64,000 nucleotides of DNA from Candidatus Sulfomarinibacteraceae bacterium (GCA_963796455.1 CAWCLO010000001.1:320001-384000); one strand, 5' to 3'; counted from the first letter of the stretch, positions 47,917 through 58,077 are shown. Made by a program: numbers and translations. Notes: generated from the sequence alone by a model not told the origin.

Positions 47917-48546
47917 GGATCACTCTTGTCCAAGATAAAGTCTCAGACAGCGATCAGGGACGGCGGCAGCGATCAGCGTCAGCGACAGGGAACAGCGATC
48001 AGCGTTCAGCGTTCAGCGTCAGCGTCAGCGTCAGCGAACAGTAGTCAGCGTCACGTTTGATTGGTATGGAGCACTGAAATCAAGACTTTGGGTTGAGTAA
48101 ACGCCATGTCATGGCACGGACTTGATCGAAGGCCTTCGTCGCTTCACCGGCTCCGTTCGGGCTGATCGCCTCGGCGTGGGCGAGGAGCTGCAAGTGGTTG
48201 TCGACCTCTTTGGCCGAGGCGTAGGCGATTCTCCAGTGGTTCGACCGGTCTCTACCGACTCGGCCGCCCACCGGCTACCCCTTCCTTTGAACGATCCGGA
48301 GGTGGCCGCTTCGTCGCCTGTACTCCTGACCGCTGCCGCTGGATACTGACCGCCGTCCCTGACCGCTGTCTCTGTTCGCTGTTGCCTGTCGCTGCCGCTG
48401 GACACTGTCGCCGCCGCTGCAATTCGGACGCGGGCACGGGCACAGGCACGGGCAACCGCGAACCGGATATGCCGAAAACCAACCCATAAACCACGTGTTG
48501 TCATGTGGGAAACTCCAGGTGACGATCTATTTTGGACAGCGGTGAT
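47917..48546 (-). mobile_element. Four-helix-bundle cassette copy D with internal deletion
   Basis: Both ends present; 5' half of CDS and 3' half of hairpin deleted at CGGCCG microhomology (~48261-48266). Confidence 0.78.
48080..48266 (-). pseudogene. Truncated four helix bundle gene (C-terminal half)
   Basis: GRVGRDRSNHWRIAYASAKEVD...MTWRLLNPKS*. Confidence 0.85.
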
Positions 48547-48659
48547 GCTGGATGTTCGATCGAGCCCGAGCCCGTTGCCGTTGCTGAGCGGGGAAAGGGA
48601 GACCCGAACCGGAAGCGATGGACGTGACCGAATCTCCCTGAATCAGAGTGTCGCCTCCC

Positions 48660-48813
48660 GATGTCATCCTGAGGGGAGCCCCGCCTTGTCACGGCGCAGC
48701 CTGAAAGGCGAAGCCGGAAGGGGCGTAGTCGAAGGATCTATGGGATGAATGGAACACCTCAGTCCGCAGATCCTTCGACTTCGCGCCAGGGGCGCTTCGC
48801 TCAGGATGACATC
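48660..48813. repeat. Palindromic element copy 2, with nested ~35-bp insertion
   Basis: GATGTCATCCTGAG...GTCGAAGGATCT...AGATCCTTCGAC...CTCAGGATGACATC. Confidence 0.88.
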
Positions 48814-48911
48814 TTGAACGACAGTTCCGTTCCCGAAAGGGGAAAGGGAGAAAGGGAGAAAGGGAGAAAGGGAGAACCATACCGGAGACTTAGTTCGTGA
48901 TAAGGGCGGGT

Positions 48912-49071
48912 CTCCTCTGCTCCTCTGCTCCTCTGCTCCTCTGCTCCTCTGCTCCTCTGCTCCTCTGCTCCTCTGCTCCTCTGCTCCTCTGCTCCTCTGC
49001 TCCTCTGCTCCTCTGCTCCTCTGCTCCTCTGCTCCTCTGCTCCTCTGCTCCTCTGCTCCTCTGCTCCTCTG
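48912..49071. repeat. (CTCCTCTG)20 octamer array
   Basis: Perfect tandem repeat after TGATAAGGGCGGGT anchor. Confidence 0.95.
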
Positions 49072-49108
49072 CGCGAGACTCGGGTGGGGTGTACAATGCC
49101 CGCTGTTT

Positions 49109-50626
49109 ATGACACTCCCACGCATCGTCATCACCGGCGCATCGGGCTTCATCGGCCGCAATCTTCTGCGAGACTTCAAGAACGATTTCAAAATCGTCGG
49201 TTTGGCCCGTCGTTCACAACTCCATTGCGGAGCGCCGATTCACAACAACATCACCTGGTATCAGGTCGACATCGGCAACCGCGAACAACTTGCCACCGCA
49301 TTCAAGTACATCCGCGAGTCGGGCGGAGCCGACTATGTGATCCACCTCGCCGCCCACTACGATTTCACCGGTGAGAACCATCCCGAGTATTGGCGGACCA
49401 ATGTGGAAGGCATGCGCAACGTGCTGGAGGAGTGTCGCGGCCTCGATCTGAAGCGTTTCATCTTCAGTTCTTCGATCGCAGCCTGTGAATTTCCCAGAAC
49501 CGGCGAAACGCTCAACGAAGAGAGTCCGCCCGATGGCGAACATGTTTATGCGGTGACCAAACGCATCGGCGAGGAGATGCTGGTCGAGTACGACGACATC
49601 CCGTCCTGCATCATCCGTCTCGCCGCGTTGTTCTCCGACTGGTGTGAATACGCTCCACTGTATATCTTTCTCGAGACCTGGCTTTCGGATGTGTGGAACA
49701 AGAACATCCTCGGTGGTCGAGGCACCACCGCCATCCCTTATATGCACGTCCGCGAGATGGGGCCCTTTCTCCGCCGTCTGATGGAGCGGGGAGATTCGAT
49801 CGGGCAACGGGAAGTCCTTCTCGCCAGCCCCAACGAAACACTTTCCCACAAAGAGCTCTATGACCTGGCCAACATCGATTATTTCGGCCAACGCCGGCGC
49901 CCGATCTTCATGCCCAAGGCCCTCGCCCAGATTGGTGTCTGGGGCCGCGATCTGATCGGTCGCCTGCTGGGTAACCGGCCCTTCGAACGCCCTTGGATGA
50001 TTCAGTACCTGGACACCGATCTCGCTGTCGACACCAGCCGTACAAGCGAGCGTCTCGGGTGGAGACCGAGAAAACGCCTGCTTCTCCAGCGTCGGATGCC
50101 CTTCATGGTCGAATACAGAAAAACGAATCCCAACGAATGGCACCGTCTCAACCGCGCTGCCCTCAAAGAGGTTCATCTCCGCGACAATTTGCGGATCAAC
50201 GGATTGCTCGAAGTGCACCTGGATTCGATCTGCACCGAATTTCTCGACCAGATGCAGTCTCCTGGTTCGGCGTCGCGTTTTCCGTCCTATCAGAATGTTG
50301 CCAGGGACCGCCTCGAGTGGCGTTTCATCATCCTGCTACGCCATCTTCAGAGCTCGATCCGAACCCACGACCGCGGTCTCTTTACGACCTACTGCAGAGA
50401 CCTGGCGGAAAAACGGCTGATGCAGGGCTTCGGGGTGCGCGAAGTGGTCGGTGCACTGCTGACGATGAATTCCATTTGCGTCGACACGCTGCGATCGGAC
50501 CCCGAGGGCGAAGACCTCGGCACGGCGATCCACGACTACCTCTCGATGACCGTCCAGTTCGGTTGTGATCAGATCCTGGAGATCTATGAAGAGGTTGGTG
50601 GCGAAGAGATCGACGAAGACTTTTGA
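49109..50626 (+). CDS. NAD-dependent epimerase/dehydratase (extended SDR) with C-terminal helical (globin/RsbRD_N-like) domain
   Basis: ITGASGFIG, HLAA, FSSS, YAVTK; extra ~150-aa helical tail. Confidence 0.8.
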   Translation: MTLPRIVITGASGFIGRNLLRDFKNDFKIVGLARRSQLHCGAPIHNNITWYQVDIGNREQLATAFKYIRESGGADYVIHLAAHYDFTGENHPEYWRTNVEGMRNVLEECRGLDLKRFIFSSSIAACEFPRTGETLNEESPPDGEHVYAVTKRIGEEMLVEYDDIPSCIIRLAALFSDWCEYAPLYIFLETWLSDVWNKNILGGRGTTAIPYMHVREMGPFLRRLMERGDSIGQREVLLASPNETLSHKELYDLANIDYFGQRRRPIFMPKALAQIGVWGRDLIGRLLGNRPFERPWMIQYLDTDLAVDTSRTSERLGWRPRKRLLLQRRMPFMVEYRKTNPNEWHRLNRAALKEVHLRDNLRINGLLEVHLDSICTEFLDQMQSPGSASRFPSYQNVARDRLEWRFIILLRHLQSSIRTHDRGLFTTYCRDLAEKRLMQGFGVREVVGALLTMNSICVDTLRSDPEGEDLGTAIHDYLSMTVQFGCDQILEIYEEVGGEEIDEDF

Positions 50627-50681
50627 GTTCGGAATTCGGAGTTCGGAGTTCGTAGTTCGGAATTCGGAGTTCGGAGTTCGG
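50625..50681. repeat. (GAGTTCG)~8 heptamer array
   Basis: Begins inside the stop codon of the upstream gene. Confidence 0.9.
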
Positions 50682-50777
50682 CTATAGGGCCCACGCTCTC
50701 CATCTCAACCCATAGGTCATGAACACACATCTGCGTTTTTCTGCGCTTTCTGCGGTTCCTCCGATTGGTGGCCGATT

Positions 50778-51158
50778 TCAGCCTCTGGCAACCGCCCGGT
50801 GCACCAGATATGCCACCAACGCCATCGCGCCATCGGCAAAGCCGGAGAACCACACGGACCACGGGGTGTCGGCAATCAGCGATCCACCGATGAGAAAGAC
50901 AAAGGCCGAGCTCTTGGCGATCAGCAACATATTGATGGTCCCATGTTGTTTGTACTCCACCACATATCCGGCCGCGAGCACGAAGTGAAACGCCCCCGCC
51001 TGCCAGATGAAGAAGATCGGATCAGCGCCGTCCCAACCGGCAAAAGCCACCGCCCATTCGGAAAAGAACATCAGCATGATGCCGACGATGAAGCTGTGGA
51101 GGGCGATCAGACCGATGAGGATCTTTTCGTGCGTTGTGGTCAGTTTCAAGGCCATCAT
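50778..51158 (-). CDS. Small integral membrane protein, coupled to hybD
   Basis: About four TM helices; ATGA overlap with hybD stop. Confidence 0.7.
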   Translation of the reverse strand: MMALKLTTTHEKILIGLIALHSFIVGIMLMFFSEWAVAFAGWDGADPIFFIWQAGAFHFVLAAGYVVEYKQHGTINMLLIAKSSAFVFLIGGSLIADTPWSVWFSGFADGAMALVAYLVHRAVARG

Positions 51159-51679
51159 GCCCACCAGATATCGAGTTCGAGGGGAGGATCTCGACGTACG
51201 GCGGGACAGCCGAGTCTCTCGAGTTCAGCGAGCACCGTTTCAGTAACCGCGGGAACCGCATTTTGCACGGCATCTGTCAGCGCGGTGCCCTGCCCGGTTG
51301 TCTCAGGCACGACTCCGACGAGGAGAATTTCATCCGGACTCGAGTCCGAAAATTCGGTCGCCATGAGTGCCTCGCGAAGACCCGGCTCATGGGGGCTCAT
51401 ACGGGAAGGGGGTGGCGTCGAGACGATCTCTCCGTCGCGAAGCAGACGCAGGCTGCCAGGTTCCTGCTTGCCACTGATCGTGTCGATCACAATCACCATT
51501 CGGGCATCCGCCAGGTAGGGCGTGAGATCCATCCCCGGGGTCCCGAGGTCGATCACCTCGACACCCTCTGGAAACTCGTACCCGGCCTCGAGGACCTTGA
51601 TCGTGTAGGGCCCGAGACCGTCGTCTGTACACAAAATGTTACCGACACCGAGAATGCGGACGGGCTTGGTCTCAATCAT
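51155..51679 (-). CDS. hybD: Hydrogenase maturation endopeptidase
   Basis: LGVGNILCTDDGLG, IDLGT, VID, SPHE. Confidence 0.9.
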   Translation of the reverse strand: MIETKPVRILGVGNILCTDDGLGPYTIKVLEAGYEFPEGVEVIDLGTPGMDLTPYLADARMVIVIDTISGKQEPGSLRLLRDGEIVSTPPPSRMSPHEPGLREALMATEFSDSSPDEILLVGVVPETTGQGTALTDAVQNAVPAVTETVLAELERLGCPAVRRDPPLELDIWWA

Positions 51680-51788
51680 CCGATGATTGTGCCAGAGCGG
51701 TGGGGTGATGGATAGTGCAGATATTCGAGTTCTCGGATCGGATGATCGATCCTCGGCGCTGGATACTGGATGCTGGATGCTCGTTTCT

Positions 51789-52581
51789 GGATCACCCTTG
51801 TCCAAGACAGAGTCTCAGACAGCAACCGGGGACAGGGACGGGGAACGGCGGACAGCGTCAGCGAACGGTTGTCAGGGTCAGCGATCAGCTATCAACAGCA
51901 GCGACAGACAGCAGCGCTCACCTTTTCGGGTTCAAGAGCCGCCAGGTCATCGCACGGACCTGATCGAACGCCTTCATCGCTTCACTGGCTCCGTTCGGGC
52001 TGATCGCCCCGGTGTGGGCGAGGAGTTCCAAGTGGCTGTCGACCTCTTTGGCCGAGGCGTAGGCGATTCTCCAGTGGTTCAACCGGTCTCTACCGAAACG
52101 GCCGTGGCCTTCTGCAAGGTTCGCAGGGACTGAACTCGCCGATCGGACGACCTGATCGGCTATGGATTTCAGCGGAGCCGGAACCCTCATCACGAGTTTG
52201 ATCGCGATGCCTGCTGCTTCGAGTGCTTTCGAGTGGGCAACGAGGTTGGTGTTCGTGGCGGCGTTGGACATGGTCACCTCCGGGTCGTTCATGCCCATAC
52301 CCACAAGCCGGTGTGGTGGCCGATGTCAAGGATGCCCTGCACCCTGCCTGTCCTTGACATCGGCCGCCCACCGGCTACCCCTTCTGTTGAACGACCCGGT
52401 GGTGGCCACTTCGTCGCATGTACTCCTGATCGCTGCCGCTGAACACTGATCGCTGATTGCTGTTCTCTGTCGCTGCTTCCTGTCGCTGCCGCTGGACACT
52501 GTCGCTGTCGCTGATTCCTGTTGACTGCCCCTGCCCCTGCCTCTGAACGCTATCCGAGACCCTTTCTCGGACAAGAATGAT
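51789..52581 (-). mobile_element. Four-helix-bundle cassette copy C, inserted between hybC terminator and hybD
   Basis: 33-bp imperfect terminal inverted repeats (26/33), hairpin and intact CDS. Confidence 0.8.
51918..52271 (-). CDS. Four helix bundle protein, 117 aa
   Basis: 8 substitutions versus copy A. Confidence 0.9.
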   Translation of the reverse strand: MSNAATNTNLVAHSKALEAAGIAIKLVMRVPAPLKSIADQVVRSASSVPANLAEGHGRFGRDRLNHWRIAYASAKEVDSHLELLAHTGAISPNGASEAMKAFDQVRAMTWRLLNPKR

Positions 52582-52610
52582 GCCGCATCCAGTATCCGGC
52601 ATCCAGCATC

Positions 52611-52638
52611 AAAAAAAGCCGGGGGCGAAGCCCCCGGC
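52611..52638 (-). terminator. Intrinsic terminator after hybC
   Basis: GCCGGGGGC-TTC-GCCCCCGGC followed by T7 on the minus strand. Confidence 0.85.
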
Positions 52639-52660
52639 GATTGAACAGGTTTGGTGCTAC

Positions 52661-54361
52661 TTACAGCACTCTCACCTTCGACTTCTCGTTGCCTTCCGTA
52701 TCGTGGGTGTGGATCGCACACGCCAGACACGGGTCGAAGGAGTGAATGGTCCGCAAGACCTCGAGCGGCCGTTCTTCGTCAGCGATCGGGTTGCCGACCA
52801 GCGACGCCTCGTAGGGCCCCATCCGGTCGTTTCCGTCACGCGGCCCGGCATTCCAGGTCGAAGGAACAACGCACTGATAGTTTTTGATCTTGCCGTTTTC
52901 GATGACGCACCAGTGCGACAGGGTGCCGCGCGGCGCCTCGTGGAAACCGAATCCCTGGATCTCACCCGCCGGGAACTCGAATGGGGTGAAGATATCGGTG
53001 TCGCCCGATGCGATGTTGGCAACCAAAGCCTCCCAATGGGCGAGGGCCTGGTGAGCGATAACCCGTGCGCGAATGGCCCGGGCCGCGTGGCGTCCAAGAG
53101 TCGAATGCAGCACGGCCGGAGTCAGCTTGGCACCCGCGATGCTGCCCGCAACGTCGAGGAACTCGAGCGCGAACTTGGTGGTCATCTCGTCGCCGGCTGC
53201 CAGGGCGGCGAGCACCTGAGCGAGCGGTCCAACCTGCATCGGTTCGTCGTTGAAACGCGGTGCTTTGACCCACGAATAGCGGCCGTTGTAATCGTACTCG
53301 GAGTACGCCGGGACGGTGTCCTCTTCCCACGGATGTTTCTGCCAGTCGCCGTCGTACCACGCATGAGCGATCGATTCGGCGACATTGTCGCGGAAAAGAG
53401 GATCGTTGAACGATGTGATGGCCTGGAAGCTGCCCAGGTCGGCGTTCATGATGACTCCGCCAGGCATCTGGAACTGGGTGCCCTCGGCATTCAGCGGCAG
53501 TTCAGGAACCGACAGGTAGTTGGTGACACCGGCGCCGTAGCCGAGCCACGGAGCATACATGGCGCCGATCGCGGCCACGTCGGTGAAATAGACCTGGTCG
53601 ATAAAGGTCTTGACCTCTTCCAGATAGCCTTTGATCTGATAGAGCTTCGCCATATTGAGCGTCGCCTCGTTGTCGAGGTTGATGGCATTGGCCACACCAC
53701 CGACAGCGAGATTCTGGATGTTGGGAGTTTTGGAACCCAGCACCGTGACGACCTTGTTGGCGATCTTCTGGACCTCGAGAGCCTGCAGGTAGTGCGAAAC
53801 TGCCAGCAGATTCACATCCGGCGGCAGATCCATCGCCGGGTGGCCCCAATAACCGTTGGTGAAAATACCAAGCTGGCCTTTGGAGACGAAGTCTGCAACC
53901 TTGGCCTTGACGGCCGCAAGGTCCTTCTCGCCGTTACCGGGCCAGTCGGACAGCGACTCAGCAAGGCGTGCCGTGGTTCTCGGATTGCCGTCGAGGGCCG
54001 ACACGACGTCAACCCAGTCGAGCGCCGACAGGTGGTAGAAGTGGACAATGTGGTCGTGCAGCGAGTGCGCCGAAATCAATAGATTGCGGATCAACTGGGC
54101 GTTAAGCGGCGGGTTGATCTGGAGCGCGTTCTCAACCGATCGCACCGATGCGATCGCATGAACTGTCGTGCACACACCGCAGATGCGCTGGGTGAAGACC
54201 CAGGCGTCTCTCGGATCGCGGCCTTCGAGAATCTTCTCGATGCCGCGCCACATCTGACCGGAGGACCAGGAATTGGTGACCTTCCCCCGGTCGACCTCGA
54301 CGTCGATGCGCAAATGACCCTCGATGCGAGTGATCGGGTCTACAGTGATCGTTTTGGCCAT
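52661..54361 (-). CDS. hybC: [NiFe] hydrogenase large subunit (group 1, Hyd-2-like)
   Basis: DPITRIEGH, L1 QRICGVCTTVH, EAPRG, L2 SFDPCLACAIH plus cleavable tail. Confidence 0.95.
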   Translation of the reverse strand: MAKTITVDPITRIEGHLRIDVEVDRGKVTNSWSSGQMWRGIEKILEGRDPRDAWVFTQRICGVCTTVHAIASVRSVENALQINPPLNAQLIRNLLISAHSLHDHIVHFYHLSALDWVDVVSALDGNPRTTARLAESLSDWPGNGEKDLAAVKAKVADFVSKGQLGIFTNGYWGHPAMDLPPDVNLLAVSHYLQALEVQKIANKVVTVLGSKTPNIQNLAVGGVANAINLDNEATLNMAKLYQIKGYLEEVKTFIDQVYFTDVAAIGAMYAPWLGYGAGVTNYLSVPELPLNAEGTQFQMPGGVIMNADLGSFQAITSFNDPLFRDNVAESIAHAWYDGDWQKHPWEEDTVPAYSEYDYNGRYSWVKAPRFNDEPMQVGPLAQVLAALAAGDEMTTKFALEFLDVAGSIAGAKLTPAVLHSTLGRHAARAIRARVIAHQALAHWEALVANIASGDTDIFTPFEFPAGEIQGFGFHEAPRGTLSHWCVIENGKIKNYQCVVPSTWNAGPRDGNDRMGPYEASLVGNPIADEERPLEVLRTIHSFDPCLACAIHTHDTEGNEKSKVRVL

Positions 54362-54374
54362 CAGGCCCCCCCTT

Positions 54375-55580
54375 CTAATGAGCCGCCTCGGCCGGACGCG
54401 TGCCGCCGAGGATCGGGTAGCGTTTGACAATGACGATGTAGAGGAAGATCTCGAACGCGATCACGCCCAGGGTGATCAGGAGTTCGAGGGTGGTCGGGAA
54501 GTACGACCAGTTGTCTCCCGGATTGTATGCCACGATGTATGCATCGAACCGGTAGAGTCCTCCGGCGAGCATGAACAGGATCGATGCCTTGAATATGGTC
54601 GAAAACTTCATGTTCCCTTTGGACCGCATGAGCATGACCATCGGCGCAACGAAGAGGGCGATCTCGATCCAGAACATAAGGCTCAGGAAGCCCGAAGTGA
54701 ACATCAGCATCGTCTTCCCGCTGATGATGAGATCGGTGAATCGAATCAACAGATACAGACCGGTGACGACCACCATCGCACCTGAAAGCGAGATCAACAT
54801 CTCGTCTTCGCGCACGCGGTTGAAGGCCTTGCTCGAAATCGCGGACTCCCAGACAACCACCGCATATCCCATTCCCACGCAGGAAACGAGGAAGAGGAGC
54901 GGGATCCAGGGAGTGTTCCACAGCGGGTGGAGCTTCCAGCCGGCGAGCAGCATCAGGGTACCGAGCGACGACTGGTGCATGGTCGGAAGCAGCACGCCAA
55001 GGGCGATGATCCAGATCAGGGCCTTGTCATAGAACTTGAGACCGAACTTGGCGAATTTCACGAGTGAAGAGTTCTTGGATGTGGCTTCCCATTTTTCGAG
55101 AAATGCCGGACCGAGCTCGATCCACAACACACCCACGTAGGCCATGACGCACAGCGCCACCTCGAGGAGTGCGGAGTTCCAGTTGTAAGAACCCATGTCC
55201 GGGAATCCGCCCATTGGGATTCGCCAGACGCCCCACCAACGACCGACATCAATGACGATCGAGAGTCCCGCCATCGAGTAGCCGAGTGCACTGGTCAGCA
55301 GAGCAGGCCGCACCAGCGGGTGGTACTTGCCTTTGTTGAGGATGTAGGCCAAAAGGGCGACCGCATAACCGCCGCAGGCGAGCGCAGTGCCGGTGACCAC
55401 GTCAAAAGCGATCCAGATGCCCCAGGGATACCCATCGGTGAGACCCGAGACAACGCCGATTCCAAAGAGGAAGCGGTATGCCAGGATCAGCACCCACAGC
55501 CCGAGGAAGATCGCCAGGAACCGGGTGAACCGGTTGTAGATAACGGGGCCGCCGACGGGTTCAGCGCGGTGCTCACTCAT
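54375..55580 (-). CDS. hybB: NrfD/PsrC-family membrane anchor of hydrogenase-2
   Basis: GYPWGIWIAFDV, LACGGY, LPTMHQSSLG, ~10 TM. Confidence 0.92.
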   Translation of the reverse strand: MSEHRAEPVGGPVIYNRFTRFLAIFLGLWVLILAYRFLFGIGVVSGLTDGYPWGIWIAFDVVTGTALACGGYAVALLAYILNKGKYHPLVRPALLTSALGYSMAGLSIVIDVGRWWGVWRIPMGGFPDMGSYNWNSALLEVALCVMAYVGVLWIELGPAFLEKWEATSKNSSLVKFAKFGLKFYDKALIWIIALGVLLPTMHQSSLGTLMLLAGWKLHPLWNTPWIPLLFLVSCVGMGYAVVVWESAISSKAFNRVREDEMLISLSGAMVVVTGLYLLIRFTDLIISGKTMLMFTSGFLSLMFWIEIALFVAPMVMLMRSKGNMKFSTIFKASILFMLAGGLYRFDAYIVAYNPGDNWSYFPTTLELLITLGVIAFEIFLYIVIVKRYPILGGTRPAEAAH

Positions 55581-56475
55581 CGGAGCCCCCCTTCTTTGCC
55601 GCACGGCTATTGCGCCACATCACTGCGCCGAGAACCCCGTACAGAGCAACCGGTGCGATGAAGCCGCGGTAGATGCCGTGCTGGATGGTCCGGGCCTGGA
55701 CTCCTACGCCCTCATGACCCACATCCGGCAGACCGAGTTTGTCGAAACCGACATCGGCGAGATAAAGCACCTGGGTGCCGCCACCTTCGGTGTCGCCGAA
55801 TATCTGCGGATCACCGGCCGGGTAGTAGCGCTCCGGATGCTCGGCAACCCGTTGCCGGGCATCAGCCAACAGATCTTCGTATTTGCCGAAGATCACGGCT
55901 TCCTTGGGGCACGACTGGCAGCAACCCGGTTGGGTCCCTTCCTTGTACCCGCCGGTCGAGGCGTCGACGATCATGTGGTGGCACAGCTCGCATTTGACGA
56001 TCAGAGGAATCGCCGTGTCCCACTGGAATTTGGGAACATTGTAGGGACACGCCACCTGGCAGTACCGGCAGCCAATACAACGGTCCGGGTCCCAGGTGAT
56101 GATTCCCAGTTCGCGTTTCTTGAAAGCACCGATCATGCATGCGTTGACGCAACCGGGGTCGATACACTGCATGCACTGTTGTTTCATATACGACTTTTCG
56201 CCGTTTTCCTCATACAGCTTGATGATGTTCTTGGTGTAGCCGTCGAGGTCCTTCGGCGGGTCGTACAGATTGCCCGGGAGATTATTGGCCGACTTGCAGG
56301 CGGTCACACAGGCCTGGCACCCAATACAACGGGTTGCGTCATACAGCATCCCGTACGCATCGGGCGGCGCTTCGACCCGATTCGAAGAGGCCTCGGCGTT
56401 CGTTGCGGCCGAGACCGCAGCGCCGGCGCCTACCGCGGCGGCTCCTTTCAACAGAGTTCGTCGATCCATGGTCAT
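55573..56475 (-). CDS. hybA: Tat-exported 4x[4Fe-4S] subunit of hydrogenase-2
   Basis: DRRTLLKG, CIGCQAC, CMQCIDPGC, CIGCRYC, KCELC, C-terminal TM. Confidence 0.92.
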   Translation of the reverse strand: MTMDRRTLLKGAAAVGAGAAVSAATNAEASSNRVEAPPDAYGMLYDATRCIGCQACVTACKSANNLPGNLYDPPKDLDGYTKNIIKLYEENGEKSYMKQQCMQCIDPGCVNACMIGAFKKRELGIITWDPDRCIGCRYCQVACPYNVPKFQWDTAIPLIVKCELCHHMIVDASTGGYKEGTQPGCCQSCPKEAVIFGKYEDLLADARQRVAEHPERYYPAGDPQIFGDTEGGGTQVLYLADVGFDKLGLPDVGHEGVGVQARTIQHGIYRGFIAPVALYGVLGAVMWRNSRAAKKGGSDE

Positions 56476-57590
56476 GACGACTCCTCCTCGCCCCCTTCTT
56501 CCGCCATCTTCTTGGAAGCCATCAGCCCGGCGCCAACCACGGCGCCACCGACGATGCCGGCAACACCCGCGGCAGCCGCGGACGGACTGCTCCGATGATC
56601 TGGGAAGATCGGCGGCACGGCGTTTTCGGGCAACGCCGCCTCCTGATGGAGCGGTTTGTGGAAAGCCACACCTTGCTCTGTGCAGCCGAAGCACGGATGC
56701 CCGATCCCGATCGGCCAAGCATCCGGCATCTCACCGAAGGGCTGGACCGAGCAGTTCGCGTGGGTCTCGGGACCCTTGCATCCAAGCGCGAAGAGGCAGT
56801 AGCCCAGCCGGTGACCCTCGTCTCCGTATTGACGGGCGAATCGGCCGGCGTCAAAGTGCGCCCGGCGCGGGCAATGCTCGTGGATCGTGCGACCGTAGGC
56901 AAAGAGCGGACGGCCCTTGTCGTCGAGTGCCGGCAGCGAGCCGAGAGCGACGAATTGCAGCACGGTGCCGAGGAAGTTGTAGGGGTTCGCCGGGCAACCC
57001 GGGATGGTCACCACAGTCGTTCCCTCGAGAATCTGCGGCGCACCGACGGCGTCGGTCGGGTTCGGGTCGGCCGAGGGAATTCCGCCCCACGAGGCGCAGG
57101 ATCCGATGGCGACCACAGCAGCAGCCTTGGATGCCACATCGTTGAGAATATCGATCGCGGTCCGACCACCGATCTGGCAGTAGATACCTCCGTCTTTTCT
57201 CGGGATCGCACCCTCCACGACGCAGACGTACTGGCCCGCGTGCTCTTCCATTGCCTGGTGCAGCGCGTCTTCGATCTGATAGCCGGCTGCGGCAAAGAGC
57301 GTCTCGTGGTAGTCCAGTGAGACGAGATCGAGGATGAGCTCCGCGATTCCTGGACTCGAGGTGCGGAGAAGCGATTCCGTGCACCCGGTGCATTCCTGGA
57401 AATGAAGCCAGATCACCGACGGTTTGAGACCCGCCTCAGCGGCCTCCGCCCATTTGACTCCGACGCTGGCGGGGAGCCCGACGGCTGCTGCCGCCATCAT
57501 GCATCCCTTGACGAAGTCCCTCCGGTCGACGCCCCCCTCTTGAGGGCAACCTTCGGGCACACCTATGTTCTCTTCCCTCCAACCCATCAT
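56472..57590 (-). CDS. hybO: [NiFe] hydrogenase small subunit
   Basis: DRRDFVK Tat, ECTGCTES, GSCASWGG, PGCP, HEHCPRR, GCKGP, HPCFGC, C-terminal TM. Confidence 0.95.
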   Translation of the reverse strand: MMGWREENIGVPEGCPQEGGVDRRDFVKGCMMAAAAVGLPASVGVKWAEAAEAGLKPSVIWLHFQECTGCTESLLRTSSPGIAELILDLVSLDYHETLFAAAGYQIEDALHQAMEEHAGQYVCVVEGAIPRKDGGIYCQIGGRTAIDILNDVASKAAAVVAIGSCASWGGIPSADPNPTDAVGAPQILEGTTVVTIPGCPANPYNFLGTVLQFVALGSLPALDDKGRPLFAYGRTIHEHCPRRAHFDAGRFARQYGDEGHRLGYCLFALGCKGPETHANCSVQPFGEMPDAWPIGIGHPCFGCTEQGVAFHKPLHQEAALPENAVPPIFPDHRSSPSAAAAGVAGIVGGAVVGAGLMASKKMAEEGGEEESS

Positions 57591-57681
57591 GGCCTCCTTT
57601 GGAAAATCGCCATTAAAAAAAACATCTCACATATTTGACCGACCCACACTACGAGGGCGCTCCGACGATTGTCAATACAAC

Positions 57682-57695
57682 TTGAGTTAATTCAA
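57682..57695. promoter_or_regulatory. Possible FNR/Crp-family site upstream of the hydrogenase operon
   Basis: TTGAG-TTAA-TTCAA, 8/10 match to TTGAT-N4-ATCAA, in an AT-rich region. Confidence 0.35.
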
Positions 57696-58017
57696 CCTTA
57701 TCTCAATTTGATCGATGTTTGTGAATGCGAATCAGTTGCATTTTGGATGCACGAATTGGCGGGGAACAGACGTTTTTGACGCGACGAGAAAAAGCCGTTT
57801 TGCGCCGCATTCCGACCAAGACTGTCCGATAGACGCACACAACGCATGATCAGGTCGTACCGCCTCGAAGGGAGATGCTCGGATTCCCTGCTCGCGTCGC
57901 CATCGAAGGCCCACCGGCGAACCGAAAATTCTCGTCCGTTGGTCGAGATTGAGTTGCTGAATGTTTTCAGGAACCGGACTGAATAGCGGCTCCCTCATTT
58001 CCGGGGCTGATCGCAGC

Positions 58018-58048
58018 AAAAAAAAAGCACCCTCGGATCGAGGGTGCC
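58018..58048 (-). terminator. Intrinsic terminator after the symporter gene
   Basis: GCACCCTCG-ATC-CGAGGGTGC followed by T9 on the minus strand. Confidence 0.85.
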
Positions 58049-58077
58049 TGGCGGATATTTTCGGTTCGCGGCTCTGT

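Noticed and set aside
52700..52745. [NiFeSe] hydrogenase
   Set aside because: L2 motif is DPCLAC with Cys codons, no TGA
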